A stretch of 64,000 nt of DNA from Patescibacteria group bacterium (GCA_038206135.1 JBBRBD010000002.1:66896-130895), one strand, 5' to 3'. Shown: positions 39,458 through 51,161, numbered from the stretch's first letter. The notes: generated from the letters alone by a model not told the origin. Translations and numbers: made by a program.

Positions 39458-40069
39458 TCAGTTTGTAAATTTGAGGGTTGTGAGAATGTGATCCATTTCA
39501 ACTATTAAATTAGTGTCATAATTTTTCGGAAATTTGTATGTTATTTGAGGCAAACTCACGAATTCACCTGAACTGTTTTTCATATAGATGCTCCAATTGT
39601 TAATCAGAATATCATCAATAATAAATGGCTTTAAACTCCTCCTGAATACAGAAGTGTCTGATTTAAATTCAACAAATTCACCTGGGCAGTCGTGATTGAT
39701 TTTGAGACCTTTCCCAAATTGGGCATTATCAGAGAAAATACAGAATGCTGGTTCAATTGTTTGTGGCCAGGTAATTGAGATAGCATAATCACTATTGTTC
39801 ATAGATAGTTCTATCTTTTTCATGTTGTTGCTATCAGCGTATATCGTATCTATTTGCCAATCGTGTGGATACTGAATTTCATATCCTGGGTTTGTATGTT
39901 TAAATGTTTTCCAGTCTGAAACAGATGGAGGTACAGAAGTCGTTATTGGTTGCCACGGTTTTGGGTTTGAGCTTTTTTTAAAATACGTTGTATTAACAAA
40001 GTAAAATAATACAGCGACAACACTGATTGTGAGTAAAACAACTATTGGAGTAAACCCTTTAGACTTCAT
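39458..40069 (-). CDS. hypothetical exported protein with pilin-like N-terminus (PsbP-like fold possible)
   Basis: MKSKGF plus hydrophobic helix; WKTF.....YEIQYP.DW...ILTTLKF. Confidence 0.65.
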   Translation of the reverse strand: MKSKGFTPIVVLLTISVVAVLFYFVNTTYFKKSSNPKPWQPITTSVPPSVSDWKTFKHTNPGYEIQYPHDWQIDTIYADSNNMKKIELSMNNSDYAISITWPQTIEPAFCIFSDNAQFGKGLKINHDCPGEFVEFKSDTSVFRRSLKPFIIDDILINNWSIYMKNSSGEFVSLPQITYKFPKNYDTNLIVEMDHILTTLKFTN

Positions 40070-40132
40070 ATCTAACAACAGTTTTGCAATTCTGAAAATA
40101 CAAAACAAGTGGCATTATGTTACTCTGAAGAT

Positions 40133-40909
40133 ATGAACCAAGAGTACCGAGTAGTAGAGCGTTTTTTGAGAAATGGGCATGGACTATTGTTCGCGTATGA
40201 TCATGGATTTGAATATGGTCCCGGACATTTTGACGAGAGGAGTGTGGAACCTACATTTGCTCTTGAACTTGCAGAATCAGGAGGATTTACCGGCTTTATT
40301 TGCCAAAAAGGAATAGCAGCTAGATATTACGATCCGTTTGTGCACCGTATTCCACTTATTGTGAAACTCAACGGAAGAACTTCATTCCGCCCTGACCGAG
40401 AACCGAAGTCTATTCAAAATTGTTCCGTAGATGAGGCTATTTCATTTGGCGCGGTCGGAGTTGGGTATGTTATTCATGTTGGTTCGCTTTATGAAGCAGA
40501 AATGATTGCAGAATTTGGCAGAATTGAACGAGAAGCACATGAGAAAGGATTGGCGGTTTTTGTATGGATGTATATTACGGGGGATGATATCTTGCAGCCC
40601 GAAAGTTCAGATGTTGTTGCTTATGCTGCTCGTGTTGGAATGGAACTAAATGCAGACGGAATAATCGTGAAATATACCGGGGATGAGGGAAGCTTTAGAT
40701 GGGTCGTAAAAAATGCAGGACGTGCCAAGGTGTTTGTAGTTGGAGGGCCACGAATGGACACACCGTACCAATTGTCTGATACCGCTAAAGTAATCGTAAG
40801 AACTGGGGCGGCTGGTTTTGCAATTGGAAGAAATGTATGGCAAGCAAAAGATCCGATTTCAGTTGTCCATCAGATTTCGAAAGAACTATTTGAAGAACTT
40901 CACAATTGA
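40133..40909 (+). CDS. DhnA/archaeal-type class I aldolase homologue
   Basis: AYDHG.E.GP, KLNG.T, AYAAR...[15 protein letters not shown]; Schiff-base Lys appears replaced. Confidence 0.85.
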   Translation: MNQEYRVVERFLRNGHGLLFAYDHGFEYGPGHFDERSVEPTFALELAESGGFTGFICQKGIAARYYDPFVHRIPLIVKLNGRTSFRPDREPKSIQNCSVDEAISFGAVGVGYVIHVGSLYEAEMIAEFGRIEREAHEKGLAVFVWMYITGDDILQPESSDVVAYAARVGMELNADGIIVKYTGDEGSFRWVVKNAGRAKVFVVGGPRMDTPYQLSDTAKVIVRTGAAGFAIGRNVWQAKDPISVVHQISKELFEELHN

Positions 40910-40950
40910 CAATTGTGCTGTTTGCGAATATAAAGACACAGTATTCTTTA

Positions 40951-43900
40951 ATGTATAAAACAAAGAAACTAGTTGCATTTGTAATAACAGTACTTCTTCT
41001 TGGAGCCGTATCTCTCACCTCTCTGAACAAAATCCCTCTCGCATCTGCTCAATCTGGTGTTATAACCTTTGATGATGCAAGCGGGCAAAATACAAATTTA
41101 AATGGTCAATACCCAGCAGGACTTGCTGATTGGGGATCGGGAAAATGGTTCCTTTCAGGACCTTGGGGTGCGTTTACCACCAAAAGCATTTCATTTGATT
41201 CAAGCTCTTCAGTCTCAGAGGTGGTAACTTTTTTAAATCCACAAACCATAACAAGCGTTGATGTTTTCAACGGGGGAACAACAGCTTCTACAGTTACCTT
41301 AGCCTGTGGAACAAATACAACGAAATCTCAGGTTTTAGCAGCAAACCAAAACGCTACAATTATGACCGCATGGACCTCGGCTTGTAGTACTCTCACCCTG
41401 GGATCGTCAAGTGGTTGGTGGGTCAATTTTGATAATCTTTCTTACTCAGATGTGGCAACAACCGCAACTCCGACCCCGACCGTAACACCAACTCCAACCG
41501 CAACTCCGACCCCGACCGTAACACCTACTCCAACTGTAACACCAACTCCTACAGTTACACCGACTCCAACGCCAACAACTGGCATTCTTTTCATGACACA
41601 TAACATTGTGACCGATCAGAGTGGACATATACTTCCTTGGTATTCACAAAACTTGGGAACTTCATACGATCATATAATTTCTCTTGTGTGGAATTTTTGG
41701 AAGAACATGCCAAACGAAGGAAATGGAATCCCACAGTATTTGCAGTACCGAATGTACAACAATGCTTCTGCAATCGGGGGAGATCAGTTGGCGATGGCGC
41801 TTTCGTCGTGGCGTCTGTTATATCAGTATTCCGGAGATCAATCTGTTGTAGACAATATGAAGTATATTGCAGATTTTTACCTTGATCATGGACTTTCAAG
41901 CCCCTCGTCACAGTGGCCAAATGTACCTTTCCCTGCAAATGCGGATGGACAAAATACAGTAACCCCAACTTTTTTTGATAGAGATTTAATTGGAGGTGTT
42001 GGAATCACACAACCCGACAAAGCAGGTTCTTTTGCTCTTGAACTTACCGAACTATATAAAATGACTGGTACACAAAAGTATCTTACTGCTGCGGTGAATA
42101 TTGCAAATACACTTTCAAGTAAAGTGGTTGTAGGGGACGCTAATAATTCTCCGCTTCCTTTCAGAGTAAACGTAAATACAGGTGCAATTACAGACGCATA
42201 TACGACAAATTGGACGGGAACACTGCAGCTTTTTGATAATTTAATTGCATTGAATCAAGGGAACACCTCAAGCTATCAGTCTGCGAGGAATACAATTGCA
42301 ACTTGGCTTAAAGTATATCCAATCGCAAACAATAACTGGGGTCCGTTCTTTGAAGATATTGGTTATACCTCAAATACTGAAATAAACGCTGACACTATGG
42401 CAATGTATATTCTCGAGCACCCAAGCTTCGACGCCAATTGGCAAACAATGTCAAGAAATATTTTGAACTTTACGGAGACTCAATTTGGTGATGCGAATTG
42501 GAATGGAATCCCTTGGTTGTCACAGTATGGAGTTTTGCCAATTGATGAACAAACCGCATATGCAGTGGCCGGAAATAGTCATACCTCACGGCATGGTTCG
42601 GTAGAACTTTTGTATGCAATGAAAACAGGCGATGCTTCGAAAAAAGCGGGTGCCATTAGAGAACTTAATTGGGCAACCTATATGGTTGATGTGACTGGAG
42701 CAAATCAATATCCGACAAATACGGTTTGGTTGACAGACGGTTATGGAGATTATGTTCGGCATTATTTGCGTTCAATGGGAGCAGCACCAGAGCTTTCTCC
42801 AACTGGTCAAAATCATTTACTTCGATCAATTTCTGTCATAAAAACTATTAGCTATGCCACAAATATTATCGATTATACGACCTTTGACCCTTCAAGCACT
42901 GAAACAATAAAGCTTGCATTTACTCCAGTGTCTGTAACAGCAAATGGAGTTATACTTTCGCAAAGACAAGATTTAAACAATGAAGGTTGGACCTATGACT
43001 CAGTTAATAACGTCTTAATAGTTCGACATGACTCGGCTCAACATATTATTGTAAGTAGCACTGCTCCATCTCCAACCCCGACCCCGACGCCAACGCCAAC
43101 AACAACACCAACAGGGACTCCTGTTGCAGGTATACATTTGGCTGTTATGAGTGATAGCTCATCTGATGAATATAGAGCAAACGACAATAGAGCCTATGGT
43201 CTATATGCTCCAACGACATTAGCATGGACAGAACTTCTAGCAGAGAAACGTAGTCTTGATCTTGGAGTGTGGGGAACTCGGTCTGAACCTCGGAGAAGCG
43301 GATATGAATACAACTGGGCACGAACTGGTGCGGAAGCAGCAGATGTTGTGAATTCTCAAGATGTTGGTATTGCAAGTCAAGTACAAAGCGGTCTTGTTAA
43401 CGTTGTATATTTCCAAATTGGGAATAACGACTTTGCATATTATCGCCAGGGTGCTGATATATACAACGGAGTGATAGCCGGTTCTGCTCTTACAAATAAA
43501 TTAAACACTTTTGTGTCGAATGTAACACAAGCTCTTGACACAGTACTTGCTTCAAATTCTTCTGTTCGAGTCGTTTTTGGAAATGTTGCTGATCCGGGAC
43601 AGTCTCCTTATTGGCAATCTCAGTTCCCAGATAGTGTAAAACGACAAAAACTAACTGATGCAATTAATACTGTGGATCAACAATTGGAAGTTATAGTTGC
43701 AGCACGCCCTCGAGTAACATTGTTTAATCAACAAATATTTGCACAATCAATTATCAGCAGAGTAGATAACTCTGGAAATCTAGTGGTTGGCGGTCAAAAT
43801 ATTTCAATTGTCGTGAATGGAGATGAACCCCATCACGTGACGATCGGTGATAACATTCATGCTGGAACAGTTGCTGAAGGACTTTTTGCAAATGCAGTAA

Positions 43901-44583
43901 TAGAAAAAATCAATACTGCAATTGGAAGTGCAATCCCGTTGTTCACAGATGCTGAAATTCTTGTAAATGCAGGTATTGTTCCTGCAACGTCAACTCCGAC
44001 ACCATCACCAACAGCTACTCCAAGCCCTACACCTACAGCGTCACCAACTCCTACTCCAAGTCCAACACCTACAGCGTCACCAACTCCTACTCCAAGTCCG
44101 ACTGTCAATCCAACACAGACACCTACTGCGAGTCCAACACCTACAGTGACACCATCTCCAACTCCGACTCCGACAAGCACCCCAATAACTTCAACTATTA
44201 CATTTAACGATCTTTCAAATCCAAATAGAGCACTAAATGGACAATACCCAACAAATGTAATCAACTGGGGAACAAATCAATGGTTCCTTTCAGGACCTTG
44301 GGGAACCTTTAATACAAACAGTGTTTCATTTAACACTGCTGTAACATCAAAGACATTCGCATTTGTAACACCTAAAGTTTTGACGAGTGTAGACGTTTAC
44401 AATGGAGGAACGGGTTCTTCAACAATAACTCTTTCGTGCACAGGAAATACAACGAAGACACAAACAGTTTCTGCATCTCAGATGGTAACTATTTCAACTG
44501 GTTGGGGAACAGCGTGTACGACAGTGACTGTTGGATCTTCAAACAATTGGTGGTCAAATTTTGACAACTTCAAATATCGCTAA
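40951..44583 (+). CDS. large secreted multidomain protein: repeated putative carbohydrate-binding module, glycosidase-like domain, SGNH hydrolase
   Basis: Signal peptide; ~125-aa module at both termini; PT linkers; SDS/GNND/DNIH SGNH motifs. Confidence 0.75.
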   Translation: MYKTKKLVAFVITVLLLGAVSLTSLNKIPLASAQSGVITFDDASGQNTNLNGQYPAGLADWGSGKWFLSGPWGAFTTKSISFDSSSSVSEVVTFLNPQTITSVDVFNGGTTASTVTLACGTNTTKSQVLAANQNATIMTAWTSACSTLTLGSSSGWWVNFDNLSYSDVATTATPTPTVTPTPTATPTPTVTPTPTVTPTPTVTPTPTPTTGILFMTHNIVTDQSGHILPWYSQNLGTSYDHIISLVWNFWKNMPNEGNGIPQYLQYRMYNNASAIGGDQLAMALSSWRLLYQYSGDQSVVDNMKYIADFYLDHGLSSPSSQWPNVPFPANADGQNTVTPTFFDRDLIGGVGITQPDKAGSFALELTELYKMTGTQKYLTAAVNIANTLSSKVVVGDANNSPLPFRVNVNTGAITDAYTTNWTGTLQLFDNLIALNQGNTSSYQSARNTIATWLKVYPIANNNWGPFFEDIGYTSNTEINADTMAMYILEHPSFDANWQTMSRNILNFTETQFGDANWNGIPWLSQYGVLPIDEQTAYAVAGNSHTSRHGSVELLYAMKTGDASKKAGAIRELNWATYMVDVTGANQYPTNTVWLTDGYGDYVRHYLRSMGAAPELSPTGQNHLLRSISVIKTISYATNIIDYTTFDPSSTETIKLAFTPVSVTANGVILSQRQDLNNEGWTYDSVNNVLIVRHDSAQHIIVSSTAPSPTPTPTPTPTTTPTGTPVAGIHLAVMSDSSSDEYRANDNRAYGLYAPTTLAWTELLAEKRSLDLGVWGTRSEPRRSGYEYNWARTGAEAADVVNSQDVGIASQVQSGLVNVVYFQIGNNDFAYYRQGADIYNGVIAGSALTNKLNTFVSNVTQALDTVLASNSSVRVVFGNVADPGQSPYWQSQFPDSVKRQKLTDAINTVDQQLEVIVAARPRVTLFNQQIFAQSIISRVDNSGNLVVGGQNISIVVNGDEPHHVTIGDNIHAGTVAEGLFANAVIEKINTAIGSAIPLFTDAEILVNAGIVPATSTPTPSPTATPSPTPTASPTPTPSPTPTASPTPTPSPTVNPTQTPTASPTPTVTPSPTPTPTSTPITSTITFNDLSNPNRALNGQYPTNVINWGTNQWFLSGPWGTFNTNSVSFNTAVTSKTFAFVTPKVLTSVDVYNGGTGSSTITLSCTGNTTKTQTVSASQMVTISTGWGTACTTVTVGSSNNWWSNFDNFKYR
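41455..41580 (+). repeat. Pro/Thr linker-encoding tandem repeat
   Basis: Repeats of TPTPT(A/V) in frame. Confidence 0.85.
43983..44190 (+). repeat. Pro/Thr/Ser linker-encoding tandem repeat
   Basis: Repeats of PSPTPTAS in frame. Confidence 0.85.
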
Positions 44584-44622
44584 TTTTTTTCCTAGAACGG
44601 CCCTGCACGTTTTCTCCCATTC

Positions 44623-45645
44623 GTGTTACATTTAACTGTGGAAGAGTTATATAAAATTGCACAACAACTTGTCGAAGGTAAGCGTGGGATTTTGGCAGCA
44701 GATGAAAGTGAAGGAACGATCAAAAAACGTTTCGATGGAATTTCATTAGAATCAACAGACGAAACCCGCAGACAATATCGTGAACTTCTTTTTACAACCC
44801 CAGGCATCGAAGAATTTATAAGTGGAGTTATTTTATTTGATGAAACGATTCAGCAGAGATCTCACTCGGGGATTCCATTTCCAGAAATCCTTTCACAGCG
44901 AGGGATACTTCCGGGTATTAAAGTAGATAGAGGAACTGTAGAGCTCACAAATTTTCCTAATGAGAAAACAACAGAAGGACTTGACGGCCTTGCTCAGCGA
45001 TTATCTGAATACAAAACTCTTGGTGCAAAGTTTGCGAAATGGAGAGCGGTCATCACAATTGGCGATGGATTTCCAACGTTAGCGGCAATAGATGGAAATG
45101 CATATTTGCTTGCGCGTTATGCTGCTATTTGCCAACAAACGGGAATTGTGCCAATTGTTGAACCCGAAGTCCTAATGGATGGAAATCACACAATCGAAAA
45201 ATGTCGGGAAGTAACATATACAACTCTAAAGAGTGTGTTTAATCAGTTGAGCGTGCAAAAGGTAGACTTTAAAGGAATGCTTTTAAAACCAAACATGATA
45301 GTTGCGGGAAGTGAATCTGAAAAAGCGAGTCCATCACAAGTTGCAGAGATAACAACAAAGGTATTTGCAGAGGTACTACCTGATGAACTTCCCGGAGTTG
45401 TGTTCTTGTCTGGTGGCCAAAGCCCCGAAGATTCTACATTAAATATGAATGAAGTAAATAAATATGCCCAAATGAAATGGCGTGTTACTTTTTCTTTCGG
45501 ACGTGCGCTGCAAGACCCTGTTCTTAAAGCATGGAGTGGTAAGAATGAAAATGTTGAAGAGGCACAGAAAGCATTTCTAAAACGTGCTCGTTTAAATAGT
45601 CTCGCAAGTGTTGGACAATACAATCTTGAGCAAGAAAAATCATGA
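44623..45645 (+). CDS. fba: class I fructose-bisphosphate aldolase (eukaryote-like)
   Basis: GILAADES, GIKVD.G, FAKWR, PIVEPE, LLKPNM, FLSGGQS, FSFGRALQ. Confidence 0.95.
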   Translation: MLHLTVEELYKIAQQLVEGKRGILAADESEGTIKKRFDGISLESTDETRRQYRELLFTTPGIEEFISGVILFDETIQQRSHSGIPFPEILSQRGILPGIKVDRGTVELTNFPNEKTTEGLDGLAQRLSEYKTLGAKFAKWRAVITIGDGFPTLAAIDGNAYLLARYAAICQQTGIVPIVEPEVLMDGNHTIEKCREVTYTTLKSVFNQLSVQKVDFKGMLLKPNMIVAGSESEKASPSQVAEITTKVFAEVLPDELPGVVFLSGGQSPEDSTLNMNEVNKYAQMKWRVTFSFGRALQDPVLKAWSGKNENVEEAQKAFLKRARLNSLASVGQYNLEQEKS

Positions 45646-46637
45646 ACGCAACTGTCGACCTGATCACCATTGGTGACGTAAGTTTGGACTGCTTTATTAC
45701 TCCGAGTGAGTCTGAAACTCTTTGTAGTTTAAACGAAAAAGAGTGTATGGTTTGTTTTAAATATGGTGACAAAATTCCAGTAAATTCGCTTGATTTTTCT
45801 GTTGGAGGAAATGCCGCAAACAATGCAGTAGGAGCAAAAAGATTAGGATTACAAGTCGCAATGGTGTCCACTCTCGGGGACGACATTGTTGCTGATCAGA
45901 TAAAAGAGTCACTCCAAAAAGAATCATTAATTATGTCCTATATCCACACCGCGACTGGTTTGAGTTCAAATTACTCAACAATTATAAATTATGCAGAAGA
46001 AAGAACAATCTTTAGTTTTCATGCACCAAAGCCATATGTGTTTCCGGTGAATTTACCTCAGGCGAAATGGTTATATCTCACGTCGTTGGGAGATGGTTGG
46101 GAAGAAGTATTCAAAAAAACTATCGAATGGCTTCATAAACACCCAGATGTAAAGCTGGCTTTTAATCCGGGGAGCAAACAACTGCGTGCTCCACTTATTG
46201 AAATGAAGCCAATTCTTCAAAGAACTGATCTTCTATACGTAAATCGTGAAGAGGCAGAACATTTGAGCATGACCCGTGAATCAAAAGGCCACGAGCGAGA
46301 ATTACTGAGTGCAGTGCACGCAACAGGTCCAGGAATGGTTGTAGTAACCGATGGACCGAGTGGCGCATATGTGTTTAATGGACAATCATTTTTATATGCT
46401 CCAATTTATCCTCAAAAACCAATTTCAAGAACTGGTGCAGGGGATGCATTCGGATCAGGGTGCCTTAGTGCACTTATAAAAGGGAAAACACTCGAAGAAG
46501 CGCTTATGTGGGGGAGTTTGAACTCAGCATCTGTTATTGGTCACATCGGTGCACAAAATGGGTTACTTCACCTTGACGAAATACAGTCGTGGCTTCAACG
46601 AGCTTCAAACGAAGGCATTGAAGTGAAGAGTCTTTGA
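45642..46637 (+). CDS. PfkB-family carbohydrate kinase
   Basis: GG.AAN.A....RLG, N..EA, TGAGDAF. Confidence 0.92.
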   Translation: MNATVDLITIGDVSLDCFITPSESETLCSLNEKECMVCFKYGDKIPVNSLDFSVGGNAANNAVGAKRLGLQVAMVSTLGDDIVADQIKESLQKESLIMSYIHTATGLSSNYSTIINYAEERTIFSFHAPKPYVFPVNLPQAKWLYLTSLGDGWEEVFKKTIEWLHKHPDVKLAFNPGSKQLRAPLIEMKPILQRTDLLYVNREEAEHLSMTRESKGHERELLSAVHATGPGMVVVTDGPSGAYVFNGQSFLYAPIYPQKPISRTGAGDAFGSGCLSALIKGKTLEEALMWGSLNSASVIGHIGAQNGLLHLDEIQSWLQRASNEGIEVKSL

Positions 46638-46678
46638 TCTGTGGTTTAACTTTCATGTTAAATCTTATATGATGAATT

Positions 46679-47665
46679 ATGAAGATTTTTGTATCACGAA
46701 AATTCCCCGGGACTGCACTTGATCGGCTTCAAAACTCAGGCCACGAAGTAGTGATTTCCGAATTTGATCGCCCACTTTCTGCAGAAGAACTTTTGGACAA
46801 AGCAAAAGGAGTTGACGCGTTGCTCTCATTTTTAACAGATAAAATTGATGGCGAAGTTTTAGATGCAATTGGTCCGCAACTTAAAGTGGTGAGTAATTAT
46901 GCAGTTGGATTTGATAACATCAACATTCCTGATGCTTCATCTCGAGGGATTGTCGTTTCAAACACTCCATGTGATGAAGTGAATGAAGCTGTTGCTGAAC
47001 ACACTTGGGCACTAATTCTAACCCTTGCTCGTCGAGTGACAGAAGCTGATGAGTCAACTAAACGGGGGGCATACCACGGATGGGAACCAGGCATATTTTT
47101 AGGTGCCAGTTTAAAAGGTAAAACACTCGGAGTAATAGGTCTTGGGAGAATTGGTGAAATGGTGGCACGACGTGCAAAGGGCTTTGAGATAACAGTTCTA
47201 TATAACAAACGCACACCTGACGCGAAGGCGGAAGAAGAGTTAGGAGTTAAGTTCGCTGACCTTGACACACTGCTTTCCCAAAGCGATTTTGTAAGTTTAC
47301 ACGCACCACTCACAGATGAAACGAGACATCTTATGAATGCAGATAGATTTTCAAAGATGAAACAAGGGAGTTATTTTGTAAATACTGCGCGCGGACCTAT
47401 GGTTGATGAATATGCACTTGTCGAAGCACTTAAGAATGGGAAACTAAGAGGAGCTGGTCTTGACGTTTTTGATGCTGAGCCCGACGTAAATCCTGAGCTT
47501 ATTGGAATGGAGAATGTAATATTGACTCCACACATTGCATCCGCAACATTTGAGGCGCGCGAGAAAATGGGAAATCTCGCCGTTGATGCAATACTTTCAA
47601 CACTTACTAACAATAAACCTGAGACAATCGTAAATGCTGATGTGTGGGATCATCATCGTGAATGA
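46679..47665 (+). CDS. D-2-hydroxyacid dehydrogenase (glyoxylate reductase/D-glycerate dehydrogenase-like)
   Basis: G.G.IG, NTARG, LDVF..EP, TPHIAS. Confidence 0.92.
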   Translation: MKIFVSRKFPGTALDRLQNSGHEVVISEFDRPLSAEELLDKAKGVDALLSFLTDKIDGEVLDAIGPQLKVVSNYAVGFDNINIPDASSRGIVVSNTPCDEVNEAVAEHTWALILTLARRVTEADESTKRGAYHGWEPGIFLGASLKGKTLGVIGLGRIGEMVARRAKGFEITVLYNKRTPDAKAEEELGVKFADLDTLLSQSDFVSLHAPLTDETRHLMNADRFSKMKQGSYFVNTARGPMVDEYALVEALKNGKLRGAGLDVFDAEPDVNPELIGMENVILTPHIASATFEAREKMGNLAVDAILSTLTNNKPETIVNADVWDHHRE

Positions 47666-47684
47666 TCTTCGCGTATAATAAGAT

Positions 47685-48710
47685 ATGTTCAGGAGAAGAC
47701 GAAATCAAAATGCTGATTCTTCTGATTTTGGTGATTCAAAAATAAAACTTCATAAACAAGATTTTGGGAAAAAGGAGAAAAAAGGTTGGGGAAAACGCGA
47801 ACGATTATTTGTGTTTTCAATACTCATTTTTACATCCATTGGAGCTTTTGTTTTAGCATTCATCTCAAGACAGGGAAAACTCCCCGGTCTCCCTCGAATT
47901 ACATCTGAAACAGTTGGTTTATCAGATACTGTTATTTTGACGAAAACTCAAATTCCGGTTAATATTCAAAAAAGAGACGACGAAACACTTAAAAAGTTTT
48001 CAGACACCGTTTCTTCTTTGTCTGGAATTTATGCCTTCACGGTTGTAGATCTTCAATCAGGGGACATTTATGGATTAAATGAATTTGAGACGATGCAAGC
48101 AGCTTCTCTAATTAAACTGCCAGTCATGGCATTTCTTTTAAAAACAGCGGATGAGGGAAAAATTAATCTAGATTCTTCATATATACTCAAAAACTCAGAT
48201 AAAACTGCGGGATCTGGCAGTTTAGCGGGAAGCCCTGAAGGAACAATAGTCACATACAGGCGTCTTTTGCAATATATGGGGCACGAGTCAGATAACACTG
48301 CTTTTAAGATTATCGAGAATTACTTCGGTGATGACTCAATAAATGAATTTATTCAGAGTATTGGAATGAAAAAAACTGATATTACGACTAACATGACCAG
48401 TCCATCTGACATAGCATTGTTACTCCAAAAAATTTACGAGGGAAGACTGCTTACTACAAAATCTAAAGACTTTTTATTTGAAGTGCTTACAAAAACTATT
48501 TACGAAGATTATTTGCCTAAAGGGGTTCCAAGTGACATCCGTGTTTCTCATAAATTTGGAGCAGAAGTGCATGTACTAAATGATGCTGGAATTGTATTTG
48601 CGAAAAATCCATATGTTGTTGTTTTTATGACCGGTGGAATTGTAGAAAAAGAAACTCAGCAAATATTACCTACGCTTTCCAGAATTATCTATGAAGGGCA
48701 AACTCAGTGA
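47685..48710 (+). CDS. class A beta-lactamase-fold serine hydrolase (PBP-A-like)
   Basis: ASLIK (SxxK), SDN, HKFG; N-terminal TM anchor. Confidence 0.85.
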   Translation: MFRRRRNQNADSSDFGDSKIKLHKQDFGKKEKKGWGKRERLFVFSILIFTSIGAFVLAFISRQGKLPGLPRITSETVGLSDTVILTKTQIPVNIQKRDDETLKKFSDTVSSLSGIYAFTVVDLQSGDIYGLNEFETMQAASLIKLPVMAFLLKTADEGKINLDSSYILKNSDKTAGSGSLAGSPEGTIVTYRRLLQYMGHESDNTAFKIIENYFGDDSINEFIQSIGMKKTDITTNMTSPSDIALLLQKIYEGRLLTTKSKDFLFEVLTKTIYEDYLPKGVPSDIRVSHKFGAEVHVLNDAGIVFAKNPYVVVFMTGGIVEKETQQILPTLSRIIYEGQTQ

Positions 48711-50818
48711 ACTGCAGCGACTTGACTTTGAATATTTAAAACGCAATTAGTATTAGGTTCAGTACCCTTAACAAACCACTCGCTTTTTCCGTTACACATT
48801 TTTGTAAAAACCAGGTCTCCGGGGACAGGCCAGGGAACTGAAGGGATATCTTTCAAAAGCGCAATCATTACGTCTTGCCAAATTGGACTTGCTCCCGTTA
48901 TCCCAGAGGCTACGCGACTCATAGATGAACCATCGTTATTTCCAACCCAAACCGCAACCAAGTAGTCTTGATTAAATCCAATTGTTAGGTTGTCTCTTAA
49001 ATTATTGCTGGTACCAGTTTTTACTGCAACTTCAGGGTGTAGTGGTATGGTAAGCGCTGAATGTAACCCAAATTCAGGAGCTCGAGCATTGTTGTCAGAC
49101 AAAATGTTTATCATTTGGAATGCGACTTCAGGAGAAAGTACTTGCGCGCTTGTACATACGCCACCAATGCAATTTGGTAAAACATCAGAATGCATATCAT
49201 GAATTGTAAGAAAGGCTGTAAATGGGATTCTTTTTCCATAGTTGGCAATTGTTGAATATACATGTGCTAAATCCATAAGTGTTACCTCACCACCGCCAAG
49301 GGTGAGAGATAGTCCAAATCGGGAAGAATCATCCCACGAGGTGATTCCCATTGCTTTCCCTTCTTCAATCATTTTGCTAACCCCGTAGCTTGCAAGAACT
49401 TTCACGGCCGGTATATTTCTTGATTGGGCGAGTGCGTCTCGTAAGCTAACTTTGCCAACAAACCTGCCATCGTAATTTACAGGCCTATATGATGGTCCAC
49501 CTTGAACTTGAAATACTGTCGGAGTGTCATCAATAATACTTGCGGGCGTATACCCATGAGAAAGTGCATATGCATAATTGACTACTTTAATTGAACTCCC
49601 GGGTTGCCTTAGGGCAAGCGTTGTGTTCACATTCCCATCATTTTTCAAGTCGTTATAGTTTTTTGATCCAACCATTGCCAGAACTTGTCCTGTCTTTACA
49701 GAAATTACCAGTACTCCCGCATTTGTAACATGGAGGTTTGCTATTTTCTTCAATTCTTTAGTTACTGAACCTTCAGCAAGTTTTTGAATCATTGGATCGA
49801 TCGTTGTATATGCACTGTAACCTGCAGTCCCCACATTCTGTCCAAATTGTTTTTGTAGCAAGTTACCTGTGTACATGACAAAGTGAGGGCCAACGGTAAA
49901 CAAGTTGTCTTGTTGAAAGGTGAGCTTCTCATTTTTTGCTTTCGTGTATTCGGCCTCAGTAATAAACTTTTGTTCTAACATTTTATCGAGTACTGCATTT
50001 TTTGAGTCTATGGCAGATTGAGGTTCAGTGTAATTTGTTGAAGGGTTTTGCGGACGAGAGGCGAGAAATGCCGATTGTGCAATACTGAGCTTATCAGCAC
50101 TTTTCCCAAAATATGCATGTGAGGCCTCTTCTATTCCGTATGAAGTTCCACCATATGCAACTCTATTTAAATACATTTCAAGTATTTCATCTTTTGAGAA
50201 ATGCCTCTCCACTTGGAGTGCCAATATCATTTCCCTTATCTTCCGATTAACTGTTCTCTCTGGAGAAAGATACACATTTTTAACAAGTTGCTGAGTTATT
50301 GTTGAGGCACCGGTAATCGTACCTGTTTTTATCCAATCAATTGCAACTCTCGTAAGTGCCGAGAAGGATATTCCAATATGTGAATAAAAATTTTTGTCTT
50401 CTTTCGCAATCGTTGCGAGGCGAACGGTTAATGGAATGTCTGCAAGTGAAACAGGTGTTCGATTTACATCGTCATAAAATTTGTACAAAATTGTTCCATT
50501 CCTGTCATATAGTTTTGTTGAAGCATAATTTTTGTATGTTGGGAGCGATGAAACATCGGGTAATGTATTAAATAAGTCTGAAGCTGTCTTGTAAAATAAA
50601 CCAATGCCTACAATTGCAATGAAAAGTGGGACTCCCAAAAGTACTGCTTTGTTTACTTGAATGAATCTAATTGAAGGGATAATTCGTTTAATTAAACTAC
50701 TCAAAAATAGAATAAAAATAAGTAGATAAGAGATAAATGTATAGAACGGTTTACCTAAAAAAATAAGAAAAGTTTGAAGCAGGGAAATTTTCTTTAAGGA
50801 GTGTGTCTTCCTTGTCAT
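48704..50818 (-). CDS. bifunctional class A PBP (transglycosylase-transpeptidase)
   Basis: ED..FY.H, GASTITQQLVK, QPGSSIK, SRN, KTGT. Confidence 0.93.
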   Translation of the reverse strand: MTRKTHSLKKISLLQTFLIFLGKPFYTFISYLLIFILFLSSLIKRIIPSIRFIQVNKAVLLGVPLFIAIVGIGLFYKTASDLFNTLPDVSSLPTYKNYASTKLYDRNGTILYKFYDDVNRTPVSLADIPLTVRLATIAKEDKNFYSHIGISFSALTRVAIDWIKTGTITGASTITQQLVKNVYLSPERTVNRKIREMILALQVERHFSKDEILEMYLNRVAYGGTSYGIEEASHAYFGKSADKLSIAQSAFLASRPQNPSTNYTEPQSAIDSKNAVLDKMLEQKFITEAEYTKAKNEKLTFQQDNLFTVGPHFVMYTGNLLQKQFGQNVGTAGYSAYTTIDPMIQKLAEGSVTKELKKIANLHVTNAGVLVISVKTGQVLAMVGSKNYNDLKNDGNVNTTLALRQPGSSIKVVNYAYALSHGYTPASIIDDTPTVFQVQGGPSYRPVNYDGRFVGKVSLRDALAQSRNIPAVKVLASYGVSKMIEEGKAMGITSWDDSSRFGLSLTLGGGEVTLMDLAHVYSTIANYGKRIPFTAFLTIHDMHSDVLPNCIGGVCTSAQVLSPEVAFQMINILSDNNARAPEFGLHSALTIPLHPEVAVKTGTSNNLRDNLTIGFNQDYLVAVWVGNNDGSSMSRVASGITGASPIWQDVMIALLKDIPSVPWPVPGDLVFTKMCNGKSEWFVKGTEPNTNCVLNIQSQVAAVH

Positions 50819-51016
50819 CGATTGTATAGTTTAGATCTTTTCTAGGATAAGAGAGAAGAGGGAGTTTTAAAATAAATGGTTAAGACATGATCTTAGCCGA
50901 ATATCTTCTTTTGTTTTTTTGTGCATTTTAAGCACTCGTTCGTGTGAAACTAGAACATTTACGTTTTGTTTTTCCAGAAGAAGTCTTGTTAAGACTTTAG
51001 AAGTCCGTTGAAAGGA

Positions 51017-51155
51017 AAGTCAAAGACCGTCCAGTGTTACGGTTCTGTCACTGATACCTTGAATAATAGGCGTTGCTCTTTGCGACGAATAGTCACTTGA
51101 GAAAGAGCATGCGCCCGTTATTGCTAACGGGAGCTGAAAGGTGCGAGTATGACTT
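51017..51155 (-). ncRNA. unidentified structured RNA
   Basis: Predicted +1 coincides with the 5' arm of closing stem AAGUCA/UGACUU; GCAA-capped 7-bp hairpin; G-U pair favours the minus strand; possible pseudoknot. Confidence 0.55.
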
Positions 51156-51161
51156 GGGAAA

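Noticed and set aside
41455-44190. CRISPR-like or mobile repeats
   Set aside because: The repeats are in-frame Pro/Thr linkers with synonymous variation, without spacers or cas genes.
47685-48710. Antibiotic-resistance beta-lactamase
   Set aside because: Lacks the omega-loop ExxLN deacylation motif and is membrane-anchored.
50866-51018. ~50-codon stop-free minus-strand stretch downstream of the structured RNA
   Set aside because: No start codon or SD near its 5' end and no recognisable similarity.
51010-51030. RNase P RNA, suggested by AGGAAAGTC on the plus strand
   Set aside because: No matching 3' P4 strand or other conserved regions downstream; promoter and G-U pairing point to the minus strand.
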